Assembly (NCBI GenBank): GCA_038064075.1
Contig: JBBTTU010000004.1
Span: forward strand, 647 to 64,646
Source: Patescibacteria group bacterium
GTDB lineage: Bacteria > Patescibacteriota > Minisyncoccia > HO2-45-28
DNA length: 64,000 nt
Reading direction: 5' to 3'
In this document: positions 1 to 9,117 of the stretch, in pieces
How the letters are laid out: each line of letters opens with the position of its first letter
How positions within the stretch are numbered: the stretch's first letter is position 1
The notes under the pieces: model-generated
Seen by the model: only the letters and a program-made list of their open reading frames with translations
Database searches by the model: none
Told to the model about the DNA's origin: nothing
Made by a program: the position numbers and the translations under genes

Positions 1-1
1 T

Positions 2-850
2 GCCTCGGCTTGTTCCGACGGCAAAGACAATGACAGCGACGGGCAAATTGATTATCCGGCGGACACTGGTTGTTCTGGCGCGGATGATAACGATGAAACC
101 GCGCCCGCGCCTGTCATAACTATTCCCGCGGCGCCAAGCGGCCTTACCCACGCGCTTTCCGGCAGCAGCGCTACTTTGAATTGGACTGATAACGCGACCA
201 ATGAGACTTCTTATGAAATTGAGAAAAAATCATCCGGAGAAACAAGTTGGTCCCCGGCGGGCAGCGCAGGCGCTTTTAGCGGAAACGGAACATATACTGT
301 TACGGCTCCTGTTTCAAGTTCATACGAATATAGGGTAAAGGCCTGCAATAGCGCCGGATGTTCAACGCCGTCAAATAGCGTAACCATTACGGTTGCCGCT
401 TGCAGTTCTCCCGGAAATTGCGCCAATTCCGCGGATTGTTCGTCAGCCGGATATTATTGGTGCGCCAACGCAAATATCTGTTATTCCAGTTCTTCTTCTT
501 GTTCTACTTCCACATCCTGTAGCACTCCGAGCAATTGTTTGGATTCGGCAATCTGTACGTCTTCCGGATGGTATTGGTACAGCGGCGGATGCTGGAGCTC
601 GCCGCAATCCGGCACCAGCAATTCGGCCACTGCTTGCACTCAAGCCGGAGGAACTTGGAATTCTTCCACAAGTTATTGTCAAATGCCAAGCACAAGCACC
701 ACCTGTCCTTCCGGCCAATATTGGAGCGGCACTGCTTGCGTGACAACTACCACTACTAGCGGTTGCGGATCCTGGATGAGCCAGAGCGACTGTACTTCGC
801 ATACCGGCTGCGCCTGGAATGGCACGAGTAATTATTGCTACTATCAGTAG
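2..850 (+). CDS. C-terminal part of a secreted/surface protein: Ca-binding-like CSDGxDNDxDGxIDYPADxGC motif, fibronectin type III domain and Cys/Trp-rich repeats (5'-truncated)
   Basis: The frame is open from base 2 (ASACSDGKDNDSDGQIDYPADTGC...) into the 176..850 ORF. It has an FN3 signature (LNWTDNATNETSYEIE...YEYRVKACNSAGCS) and a Ser/Thr/Cys-rich tail. Confidence 0.8.
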   Translation, partial: ASACSDGKDNDSDGQIDYPADTGCSGADDNDETAPAPVITIPAAPSGLTHALSGSSATLNWTDNATNETSYEIEKKSSGETSWSPAGSAGAFSGNGTYTVTAPVSSSYEYRVKACNSAGCSTPSNSVTITVAACSSPGNCANSADCSSAGYYWCANANICYSSSSSCSTSTSCSTPSNCLDSAICTSSGWYWYSGGCWSSPQSGTSNSATACTQAGGTWNSSTSYCQMPSTSTTCPSGQYWSGTACVTTTTTSGCGSWMSQSDCTSHTGCAWNGTSNYCYYQ

Positions 851-860
851 ATATATTAAA

Positions 861-1073
861 TTAATCTTCCAATAATTTTATTTTTAGTTTCCGCGCCCGG
901 CGGCCTTCAAAACTTTTTAAAAAATTTTCAAGACTTGAAATTGTGTAGAGGCGATAATTGTTAATCGGATGGCGGATCGCGGCGAGTTGTCCGCGTTTAT
1001 CCCAATTGCGCAGGGTAAGAGGCGAAATTCCCAGATATTTTGCCGCTTCTTTAATTGTCAGAAATCTTTTCAT
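861..1073 (-). CDS. Small MerR-family/excisionase-like HTH DNA-binding protein
   Basis: LTIKEAAKYLGISPLTLRNWDKRGQL...RHPINNYRLY. The ATG at 1073 is preferred over the one at 1088. Confidence 0.85.
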   Translation of the reverse strand: MKRFLTIKEAAKYLGISPLTLRNWDKRGQLAAIRHPINNYRLYTISSLENFLKSFEGRRARKLKIKLLED

Positions 1074-1097
1074 TCTTATATTGTGCATAACGATTTT

Positions 1098-1127
1098 TTG
1101 CCAGTCAAATGATTATGATGTTATTAT
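1098..1127 (+). promoter_or_regulatory. Putative sigma70 promoter (TTGCCA-18-TATTAT, with extended TG) for the 1134 gene
   Basis: TTGCCA at 1098-1103, TG at 1119-1120, TATTAT at 1122-1127; the ATG follows 6 nt later. Confidence 0.5.
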
Positions 1128-1133
1128 AAAATT

Positions 1134-3473
1134 ATGTCCGGGAAAATTATCAGATTAGCCAATAGCGGTTATTTAGGGCTGGATAATATCAGTCGCCTCG
1201 GAATCTATTTATTGGGATTTTTACTGCCGCTCTGGGTTCTGCCGGTCACTTCAAATCCTTTGGGAATCAATAAGGTAGTCTTGGCTTATTTTCTTATTTT
1301 ATTTTCCCTTGCGGTCTGGCTTATCGGCCGGATTAAAACCAGGCGACTGGCGCTGCCTAAAAATTATCTGTCTTTAGCCTTGATTATATTGGTTCTGGTT
1401 GCGGCGGTTTCAGGCGTTTTTTCAATCAGCCGGCACACCTCTTTTTTTGAATTAAGCCAGAATCCTTCGGGCGTCCCGGCGGTTTTGATGTTTGTTTTGG
1501 CCGGTTTCCTGGTTTATTTTAATTTTGGTTCAAGCCGCCATGTCTTTATTTGGCTTTTGTTTTTTTTAAGTTCGGCTTTTCTTGTTTTTTTGATTCAGTT
1601 TTTCTGGACGGTTTTGGGATTGAATTTATTGCCTTTTATTGATTTTTCCCAGCCGACCGCGAACCTGATCGGCTCCTGGAGCGAATTCGGCGTTTATTTC
1701 AGTTTGGTCGGTTTTATTTCCATTTTTCTTTTTGAAGTTTTTCCTTCAATGCCGCTCCGCCCGGCTTTTTTGATTTTGGCTTTTTTATCTCTGGTGGCGG
1801 CCGCGGCCGGCGGGAATAAAATTATTTTGTGGGTTCTTTTTATTTTTTTGCTGATGCTTCTGACTTATCTTTTTTCATTAAAAGTTCCGACCATCCGAAA
1901 CTTTTTCAGGCCGGCGCTTATTTTGTCTTTAATTATTTTAATTTTTATTTTGACGCCGACGCTCTCAGCTCTTTTCATTTCGTTTTTAAGCGCCGAGTCG
2001 GTTGAAATCCGCCCGTCCTGGCCGGCTTCTTTGACAGTGGTCAGGCAGGCTTTGAGCGAAAATATTTTTTTGGGGTCGGGTCCGGCGACTTTCGTTTATG
2101 ATTGGAACCGCTACAAGCCGCTGGCGGTGAATCAAAGTTCATTTTGGGCCGCCAGTTTTTCGAGCGGCGCCGCGTTTCTGCCTTCAGTTTTGGCCGAAAC
2201 CGGCCTTTTCGGCCTCGCTGCGATTATTTTGCTTGCGCTGGCGTTTATTTTTTACGGCTGGCGGGCTTTTTTCCGGCTCCGCCAAAATGAGACCCAACCG
2301 TTCGCGATCCTGACCATTTTTGTCATTTTAATGTTTTTGGTTTACGCCGCGGTTTATAATCTCAATTTCCTTTTATTTCTTTTTCTTTTCTTGTTTTTGG
2401 GAATGTTTATGGTTTTGCTTTCCGAGTTGGGACTTGCCAAAAAATACGAGATTGTTCTTTTTCAGAATTCGGGACCCGGTTTTATCTCAACATTTGCGGT
2501 TATTTTCATGCTTATTGCCGGATTTTCGGGTTTTTACATTTTTGGCAAAAAATATGCCGCAGCTTATTTTTTCAGTGAAGGCCTGAAATTCAGCGCGCAA
2601 GGCAATGCGCCTGAAGCGGCATCGTCTTTGAGCCGGGCTTTGGCTCTTGACAGCCGTGATCAATATTTTCGCCAGGCGGCCGAAATTGAGCTAAGCCGGA
2701 TTTCGGCGCTTCTGGGACAGTCGGGAATCAGTCCGGATGATTTACAAACCGGTTTCCAGAATTTTTTAAACCAAGCGGTCGGGGACGCCAAAGCGGCAAT
2801 TGAATTGAATCCGGTTGACGCTTCCAATTGGTTTACGCTCGGACGGATTTACGAATCAGTTCTGCCTCTCCGGATTACGGAGGCCTCGGATTTTGCCTTA
2901 GCGGCTTATATTGAGTCCGCCGCCAGAAATCCGACCAGCCCCGAACCGCTGCTCGCCCAAGCCAGGGTCCAGTTGTTTCTTGGAAAAGAATCTGAAACCA
3001 GAGGTTTGCTTGCAGCCGCGCTGCGGCTGAAAAATAATTATGCTCCGGCTCATTTGCTGCTGGCTCAACTGGAGGATCGGGCCGGCAATGTTAAAAAAGC
3101 GATTGAATACTCCGAAGCCGCGGCGGTTTTGAGTCCGGGAGACGGGACGGCGCTTTTCCAACTCGGATTTTTGTATTATCGCGCCGATCGTTTTGATGAC
3201 GCTCGCCGGGTTTTGGAACAGGCGGCCGGACTTAATCCGAATTATTCCAACGCTCTTTATTTTCTTGGTTTGATTTATGATCGCTTCGGGGATAAAAATT
3301 CGGCAATTTCTCTTTTTGAACGGATCAAGGCTTTTAATCCCGATAATCAGGAAGTTCAAAAAATTCTTGCCAATCTCAAAGCCGGCAAAGAGGCTTTGGA
3401 CGGCATTTCTTCTCCGTCCGGGCCGCAAACGCAAGAAAAAATAAAAGTTCCGGTTAAAAATAAAAAGCGTTAA
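1134..3473 (+). CDS. Multi-TM O-antigen ligase (Wzy_C)-like protein with C-terminal TPR repeats
   Basis: About 13 hydrophobic helices, a FLGSGPATF...LAETGLFG ligase-like motif, and TPRs (AIELNPVDASNWFTLGRIY; LNPNYSNALYFLGLIY). Confidence 0.75.
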   Translation: MSGKIIRLANSGYLGLDNISRLGIYLLGFLLPLWVLPVTSNPLGINKVVLAYFLILFSLAVWLIGRIKTRRLALPKNYLSLALIILVLVAAVSGVFSISRHTSFFELSQNPSGVPAVLMFVLAGFLVYFNFGSSRHVFIWLLFFLSSAFLVFLIQFFWTVLGLNLLPFIDFSQPTANLIGSWSEFGVYFSLVGFISIFLFEVFPSMPLRPAFLILAFLSLVAAAAGGNKIILWVLFIFLLMLLTYLFSLKVPTIRNFFRPALILSLIILIFILTPTLSALFISFLSAESVEIRPSWPASLTVVRQALSENIFLGSGPATFVYDWNRYKPLAVNQSSFWAASFSSGAAFLPSVLAETGLFGLAAIILLALAFIFYGWRAFFRLRQNETQPFAILTIFVILMFLVYAAVYNLNFLLFLFLFLFLGMFMVLLSELGLAKKYEIVLFQNSGPGFISTFAVIFMLIAGFSGFYIFGKKYAAAYFFSEGLKFSAQGNAPEAASSLSRALALDSRDQYFRQAAEIELSRISALLGQSGISPDDLQTGFQNFLNQAVGDAKAAIELNPVDASNWFTLGRIYESVLPLRITEASDFALAAYIESAARNPTSPEPLLAQARVQLFLGKESETRGLLAAALRLKNNYAPAHLLLAQLEDRAGNVKKAIEYSEAAAVLSPGDGTALFQLGFLYYRADRFDDARRVLEQAAGLNPNYSNALYFLGLIYDRFGDKNSAISLFERIKAFNPDNQEVQKILANLKAGKEALDGISSPSGPQTQEKIKVPVKNKKR

Positions 3474-3493
3474 GACCTAAACTATATTTATTC

Positions 3494-5179
3494 GTGGTCA
3501 AAAAATTGCTGGCTGTTTTCAACCGGGAAATCGCAGGCGTTCATCAAGCCGCTTTTTTGCTTGGCTTGGCCAGTATTGCCGCCAAAATTTTGGCAATTTT
3601 GCGCGATCGGCTTTTGGCCGGTTTATTCGGCGCCGGCCAGTCTCTTGACATTTATTTTGCCGCCTTTCGGATTCCGGATTTTTTATACACCGCCTCGCTG
3701 CTCTTGGTTGCCAGCGCCGCGGTAATGCCTCTTCTGATTCAAAAAGAACGAGCCGGTTCCGAGCCGGCTCGCCGTTTCATTTCGGAATTGATAAGCGTTT
3801 TTGCTTTAATAATGATTTTGTCGGCCACGATCGCTTTTTTATTTATGCCTTTTTTGGCGCGGCTGATCGCGCCCGGATTTTCCCAAGACAATTTTTCGCA
3901 AATGGTCGCGCTCTCCCGGATTCTTCTTCTTTCGCCGATTCTGCTCGGCCTCTCGGCTTTGATATCTTCGGTTATTCAGGCTCACCGCCGTTTTTTCATT
4001 TATGCCGTCAGTCCGGTTCTTTACAACGCCGGCATTATTTTCGGCATCTTGTTTTTTTATCCGATTATCGGTTTTTCCGGTTTGGTCTGGGGCGTGGTTT
4101 TGGGGGCATTGGCTCATATTTTAATTCAGCTGCCCAGCCTCCATTCGCTGGGGTACTGGCCGAAGCCCGCGCTTCGCGTAAATTTTCGGGATATTCTGAA
4201 TGTTTTTTATCTTTCTTTGCCGCGTTCAATCGGTCTGGAGATCAATCAGATTATTCTGATTGTAATTACTGCCATGGCTTCGGCTTTGAGCGCCGGTTCA
4301 ATCGCTGTTTTTCAATTGTCTTACAATCTTTACAGCATTCCTTTGGGAGTGATCGGCCTTTCTTACAGTCTGGCCGCTTTTCCGGCGCTGGCCCGTTCTT
4401 TTGCCGATGGTAAAACCGGGGAGTTTGAGGTCAATGTTAATTCTTCAATTCGCCATATTATTTTCTGGTCAACGCCCGCGGCGATTTTATTTATTGTTTT
4501 GCGGGCCCATATCGTCAGAGTGGTTTTGGGCGCCGGCGCTTTCGGATGGGCCGATACCCGCCTGACTGCCGCGGCTCTTGGAATTTTCAGCGTAGCCATT
4601 GTGGCTCAAAGCGTTTCTATTTTGCTGGTTCGGGCTTTTTACGCCGCCGGCCGGGTGGCTTTTCCGCTTTTGGTTGATGTTTTTACCGCGGGCGTTATTA
4701 TCGGATTTTCTTACGGATTTCTTAAACTTTTTGAGATCAGCCGTTCTTTTCAATTGTTTTTCAACGCCTTTTTACGGGTTGAAGATTTGTCCCAAACATC
4801 TGTTTTGATTTTAGTTTTCGCTTTTTCGCTGGGATCGGTGCTTGATGTTTTTTTGCTTTGGCTGGGATTTGTCAGGATTTTTCGTTTTTCAGACGGCAAA
4901 CTTCGGAAATCCGCGTTTAAAAACGCTTTGGCCGGAGCGGCGCTCGGAGCGTCAACTTACGGTTTGCTTCGTTTGACCGGCGTCTGGTTTGATCTTAAGA
5001 CTTTTGGGAGCGTTTTTTTTCACGGTTTTTTGGCCGGGACCGGCGGAATCGCGGCCGCCGCGGCAGTTCATTGGTTTTTGCGCAACGAGGAGCTTTTTGA
5101 AATTTTAGATGCGCTTCGCCGCAAATTCTGGTCCAGGCCGGTTATCGCTTCCGAACCGCAAAGCGCCAGCCAGGGATAA
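3494..5179 (+). CDS. murJ: Lipid II flippase MurJ/MviN
   Basis: LRDRLLAGLFGAG...DIYFAAFRIPD, SPVLYNAGII and LLVRAFYA motifs; highly hydrophobic. Confidence 0.9.
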   Translation: MVKKLLAVFNREIAGVHQAAFLLGLASIAAKILAILRDRLLAGLFGAGQSLDIYFAAFRIPDFLYTASLLLVASAAVMPLLIQKERAGSEPARRFISELISVFALIMILSATIAFLFMPFLARLIAPGFSQDNFSQMVALSRILLLSPILLGLSALISSVIQAHRRFFIYAVSPVLYNAGIIFGILFFYPIIGFSGLVWGVVLGALAHILIQLPSLHSLGYWPKPALRVNFRDILNVFYLSLPRSIGLEINQIILIVITAMASALSAGSIAVFQLSYNLYSIPLGVIGLSYSLAAFPALARSFADGKTGEFEVNVNSSIRHIIFWSTPAAILFIVLRAHIVRVVLGAGAFGWADTRLTAAALGIFSVAIVAQSVSILLVRAFYAAGRVAFPLLVDVFTAGVIIGFSYGFLKLFEISRSFQLFFNAFLRVEDLSQTSVLILVFAFSLGSVLDVFLLWLGFVRIFRFSDGKLRKSAFKNALAGAALGASTYGLLRLTGVWFDLKTFGSVFFHGFLAGTGGIAAAAAVHWFLRNEELFEILDALRRKFWSRPVIASEPQSASQG

Positions 5180-5188
5180 GATTGATCA

Positions 5189-5809
5189 ATGGAGCAAATA
5201 ACTGTTAAAAATCAATTAGCAAATAAGATAACAATGAAACGGATTTGCGAGATTTTGCGTTCGGGAGGGGTTGTCGCGGCTCCGACCGATACCGTTTACG
5301 GATTTTTGGCTGACGCCGGAAATGAAAAAGCAATTAATAAAGTTTTTGAAATTAAGGGCCGTCCGAGAGAAAAAGCGCTTCCGGTTTTTATTTCTTCTTT
5401 TGATATGCTTTTTAAGATTGCCAACGCCGCAGACTCGCGAGTCTTGAAATTTTTAAAAGAAAATTGGCCGGGTAAAATCACTGCCGTTCTGCCGCTTCGC
5501 GCCGGCGCCGGCGGCTACATTTGTTCTTTGAAAGAAACGATCGCTGTCCGGATGCCGGACAGCGCTTTGATTTTGAAGATTATCAGGAGTTTCGGCGGTC
5601 CGGTTACCGGCACTTCGGCAAATATTTCCGGCCGGCCGGAACAAACTAAAATTAAAAATCTGATAAAAGAATTTGAAAGAGCGCCAACCCGGCCGGATTT
5701 GGTTTTGAACGCCGGCGATTTGCCGAGAAGCAGGCCGTCAACCGTAATTGATTTGACTGGCTGGCCGCCTAAAATCTTGCGCCAAGGCGCGGTTAATATC
5801 TCATATTAA
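5189..5809 (+). CDS. tsaC: L-threonylcarbamoyladenylate synthase (Sua5/YrdC/TsaC)
   Basis: PTDTVYG, KGRPxxK, TSANISG, PSTVID and LRQGA motifs. Confidence 0.93.
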   Translation: MEQITVKNQLANKITMKRICEILRSGGVVAAPTDTVYGFLADAGNEKAINKVFEIKGRPREKALPVFISSFDMLFKIANAADSRVLKFLKENWPGKITAVLPLRAGAGGYICSLKETIAVRMPDSALILKIIRSFGGPVTGTSANISGRPEQTKIKNLIKEFERAPTRPDLVLNAGDLPRSRPSTVIDLTGWPPKILRQGAVNISY

Positions 5810-5840
5810 AAATCTGGTTTTGTATAGAGTCGTTTGAACA

Positions 5841-5874
5841 TTGACTTGACATTTGACATATATTAAGTTAGATT
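5841..5874 (+). promoter_or_regulatory. Promoter with stacked TTGAC boxes (TTGACA-17-TAGATT)
   Basis: TTGACT at 5841, TTGACA at 5846 and 5853; TAGATT at 5869-5874. Confidence 0.55.
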
Positions 5875-5887
5875 TCTATTAAGTGAT

Positions 5888-6916
5888 ATGGGCAATAATT
5901 TTAATAATTTTGAAGAAGTTTCCAAAAGTTTATTAAAAGAATTTTCAGGGCGCGCTAAAGACGTTATTGAACGTCGTTTTGGCATTGGTTCAAAGTCAAA
6001 AAGACAAACCTTGGAAGCAATCGGCCAGTTTTACAAAATTACCCGCGAGCGAGTCCGCCAGATTGAAGACGCGGCTTTAAACAAGCTCCGTTTGAGCCAA
6101 TCTTTTGATTCATTAACTTCTCCTTTGTTTGAAATTTTCCAGAAAGAGCTTGAAAAAAGAGGCGGAGTTTGCCGCGAAGACCATTTTATTGCCGGGTTTG
6201 CGCATGGCGAACGGGATAAAAATTATGCCCTCTTTTTCCTTTTTTTAGGCAGTCCGTTTTCGCGATTAAGCGCCGACGGGTCATTTTACAGCCGATGGAC
6301 GATTAATAAAGAGAATGCTTCCAAAGTTGAAAGAGCCGTCGCCAGTTTTGCTGAAAGTTTGGGACAAGAGCCGTTAACTGAAAACGAAATACTTGACCGT
6401 TTCAACCGGCATGTTGCCGCGAGTCTCAACCATACATTAGAAAAATCAGCTCTGCTTTCGTGGCTCGGCATTTCCAAAGAGATTACCGTTAATCCTCTGG
6501 GTGAATGGGGACTCAATTCTTCGCTTCTGGTCCGTCCGCGCGGCATGCGGGATTTTGCCTATCTTGTTTTGAAAAAGCACGGATCGCCCCTCCATTTTCG
6601 CGAGGTTGCCAAAAAAATTGAAGATCTGGCCGGCCGGCGTTCCCATGTCCAGACGGTCCATAACGAACTTATCAAAGACGATCGCTTTATTCTGGTCGGC
6701 CGCGGACTTTACGCTCTTTCAGGCTGGGGCTATCAGCCCGGAACCATAAAAGACATAATCACCAATATTTTGAAAAATCACGGTCCGCTTTCAAAAGTCG
6801 AGCTGGTTCAAAAAGCTCTTCAGGAAAGGCATGTTAAAGAAAACACGGTGCTGATCAATCTTCAAAATAAAACTCATTTTAAGCGTCTTGACGACGGCCT
6901 CTATCATTTGGCCTGA
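5888..6916 (+). CDS. Sigma-70 region 4 HTH plus HARE-HTH (RNA polymerase delta-like) protein
   Basis: TLEAIGQFYKITRERVRQIE (sigma region 4.2) and PLHFREVA...TVHNELIKDDRFILVGRGLYAL. Confidence 0.8.
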   Translation: MGNNFNNFEEVSKSLLKEFSGRAKDVIERRFGIGSKSKRQTLEAIGQFYKITRERVRQIEDAALNKLRLSQSFDSLTSPLFEIFQKELEKRGGVCREDHFIAGFAHGERDKNYALFFLFLGSPFSRLSADGSFYSRWTINKENASKVERAVASFAESLGQEPLTENEILDRFNRHVAASLNHTLEKSALLSWLGISKEITVNPLGEWGLNSSLLVRPRGMRDFAYLVLKKHGSPLHFREVAKKIEDLAGRRSHVQTVHNELIKDDRFILVGRGLYALSGWGYQPGTIKDIITNILKNHGPLSKVELVQKALQERHVKENTVLINLQNKTHFKRLDDGLYHLA

Positions 6917-7002
6917 GGGAGTTGCCTGAAATTTTCAAGTTTCAGCCATAATTTTATTTATTGCTATTCCAAAATTTTGTGTAATTTGGCATAATATAAG
7001 CA

Positions 7003-8340
7003 ATGCCGCAATTTAAGGGTTTTTCTTTAACCGTTTTATGGAATTTTATTGCGCCGGCGCTTAATTTTATCGCCGATCTTTGGTGGTTGTGGCTTTTCAT
7101 CATTTCGGCGATACTGGCAAAAAATCTTTGGCAACATTTGCGGATTTCGCGTTTTAAAAACGACAACCGCTGGGTTCTTTTGGAAATTTTAATCCCGCGC
7201 GAAATCCGGAAATCGCCAAAGGCGATGGAGCAGATTTTAAATCAAATTTACAGCTTGAGAAATTCTCCCGAAAACTTCGTTGAAAAATATTTTGAGGGCG
7301 AAGTGACTCTTTGGTGGAGTCTGGAAGTCGCCAGTTTCGGCGGCGAGGTTCATTTTTTTATCCGGACGCCGGAAAAGTATAAAAATATCATAGAATCCAA
7401 CATTTATGCCAATTACAAAGACGCCGAAGTAGTTGAAGTTCAGGATTATGTCCTGCGTCTGCCGGAACGAACAACCGATTTATACAAAATGGGAATGGAT
7501 CTTTTCGGTTTGGAGCTGACTCTGGGGCGCGAGAGCGCCTATCCCATCAGAACCTATCCCCAGTTTGAAGCCATGGAAGAAGAAAAGGCTCTTGATCCGA
7601 TATCGGGCCTTATTGAAGTTTTAAGCAAACTGAAAAAAGAAGAACAGGTTTGGCTTCAGATTTTGATCAAGCCGGCCGATCCTTTGTGGAAAGAAAAGGG
7701 TTATAAATTAGTCAAAAAATTGCAGGAAAAAACCTTTTCCAAAGTTAGTATTTCAGAAGGAAAGTCGCTGGCTATCGGCCGGACGACTCCCGGTGAGGAA
7801 GACATCATAAAAAATATTGAATATAAACTGGCAAAGGCGGCTTTTGAAACTGTTATCCGTTATGTTTATTTCGCTCCGCGGTCTATTTTTAACAAACAAT
7901 TGCCTTACAGAGGAGTTCGGGGCTGTTTTGCCCAGTATTCGGCTCAGAACATGAATTATTTTGTTCCGAACATTGCGGTCCGAACCATGGTTTGGTGGGT
8001 TAAATTTCCGTTTTTCTTTTCCAAAAAAAGAGAAGAAGGGAGGAAGCAGCGCGTCTATCAGAATTATCGCTTGCGGCGAATGCCGGAAGAAATCGCGATC
8101 GGCAAAGTTTTAAACTCCCAGTTTTTTTATTTTGACAACAAGTCAAAGCCGGCAATATTTTCAAGCGAAGAGATCGCGACATTTTATCATTTGCCTTCTT
8201 TCCTGATTTTAACCGCGCCTTTCATCAAGCGGGTTGAAGCCAAACGGATGGGTCCGCCGGCCGGATTGCCTATTTTCGGCGAAGAGGAAGAAATTCCCGG
8301 GATTAAAATGCCGGAGGAACGCAAATCAGCCAAAAAATGA
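7003..8340 (+). CDS. Conserved membrane-anchored protein associated with VirD4/TraG-like ATPases
   Basis: N-terminal TM helix; LLEILIPRE...SPKAMEQ, WWSLEVAS, YPIRTY and SSEEIATFYHLP motifs; lies upstream of the ATPase pair. Confidence 0.7.
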   Translation: MPQFKGFSLTVLWNFIAPALNFIADLWWLWLFIISAILAKNLWQHLRISRFKNDNRWVLLEILIPREIRKSPKAMEQILNQIYSLRNSPENFVEKYFEGEVTLWWSLEVASFGGEVHFFIRTPEKYKNIIESNIYANYKDAEVVEVQDYVLRLPERTTDLYKMGMDLFGLELTLGRESAYPIRTYPQFEAMEEEKALDPISGLIEVLSKLKKEEQVWLQILIKPADPLWKEKGYKLVKKLQEKTFSKVSISEGKSLAIGRTTPGEEDIIKNIEYKLAKAAFETVIRYVYFAPRSIFNKQLPYRGVRGCFAQYSAQNMNYFVPNIAVRTMVWWVKFPFFFSKKREEGRKQRVYQNYRLRRMPEEIAIGKVLNSQFFYFDNKSKPAIFSSEEIATFYHLPSFLILTAPFIKRVEAKRMGPPAGLPIFGEEEEIPGIKMPEERKSAKK

Positions 8341-8485
8341 ATCAAGCCGCAAGTTCCAAGTGCCAAAATTGCCGGCAAAACTTCACGAAAACAATTCCTG
8401 CCCCAATGAATTTGAAACAACCTATTCACCGGACCGCAAAGAAATTGTTTATTGCGAACAGTGTTATCAGAGCGAGATTTTGTGA
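8337..8485 (+). pseudogene. Collapsed remnant of a zinc-ribbon protein gene (N-terminus joined out of frame to C-terminus)
   Basis: The ATG at 8337 overlaps the upstream TGA and reads MNQAASSKCQNCRQNFT. The -1 frame from 8384 reads HENNSCPNEFETTYSPDRKEIVYCEQCYQSEIL*. Confidence 0.65.
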
Positions 8486-8531
8486 GAAACTGTGTTGGTT
8501 TAATTTATTTTAAATTGTTATTCTTAAAATA

Positions 8532-9098
8532 ATGCCCATAAATTTTAACGCGATTGGAAGCATGCTCGGGCCTTTTGGTTTTTTGGCAGATATTGGCTTC
8601 TGGCAAAATTTTTATGTAGTTTTGCGCCAGATTTTGATTGCGGGCGCCGGGGCGCTTTTTATTCTTTCAGTTTGGCTTTTGATTAAAATCTGGTCGCTCA
8701 AACTCCGTTTTTATATTTATGAAGGTTACAGGGCTTATCGCACTCCCGGCAGAGAAACCACTTTTGAAGAAGAACAAAGGCTTGCCAGCCGCAGGAAATG
8801 GGACGCTATCATCAAAAAAGTTGAATCGCGGGGAGCGGCCGGTTTCGGCATGGCTGTTATTGAAGCTGATATTTTAACCGAAGAAATAATGGGCCGGATG
8901 GGTTTTATCGGCAAAAATCTGGCGGAACGCCTGCGTTCGCTTGCGCCGGGCGAACTGGAAAGTGCCAATGACCTTTGGTCCGCCCACAAATTAAGAAATA
9001 AAATAGCCCACGAGCAGGAATTTCAGCCGTCCAAGGAAGAAACGGTTGAGGCCTTGGCGGCTTACAAAAAAGCCTTGCAAGATTTGGGCGCGATATAA
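8532..9098 (+). CDS. Membrane-anchored protein with a HEPN-like RxxxxH motif
   Basis: TM helix at about aa 28-55; AVIEAD...LAERL...AHKLRNKIAHE. Confidence 0.7.
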   Translation: MPINFNAIGSMLGPFGFLADIGFWQNFYVVLRQILIAGAGALFILSVWLLIKIWSLKLRFYIYEGYRAYRTPGRETTFEEEQRLASRRKWDAIIKKVESRGAAGFGMAVIEADILTEEIMGRMGFIGKNLAERLRSLAPGELESANDLWSAHKLRNKIAHEQEFQPSKEETVEALAAYKKALQDLGAI

Positions 9099-9117
9099 AG
9101 ACATTAGAAAACTTAAC

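Noticed and set aside
2898-3434. Long antisense ORFs (also 10090..10605, 48639..49178, 37858..38280 and others)
   Set aside because: These are shadows of well-supported genes on the opposite strand and carry no motifs.
8234-8485. 83-aa ORF as a normal gene
   Set aside because: The first half overlaps the upstream CDS in another frame and looks non-coding; only the last ~33 codons are protein-like, so it is treated as a remnant.
9046-9117. Extended TTG start of ATPase 1
   Set aside because: It overlaps the upstream gene by 53 bp; the ATG at 9118 is more plausible.
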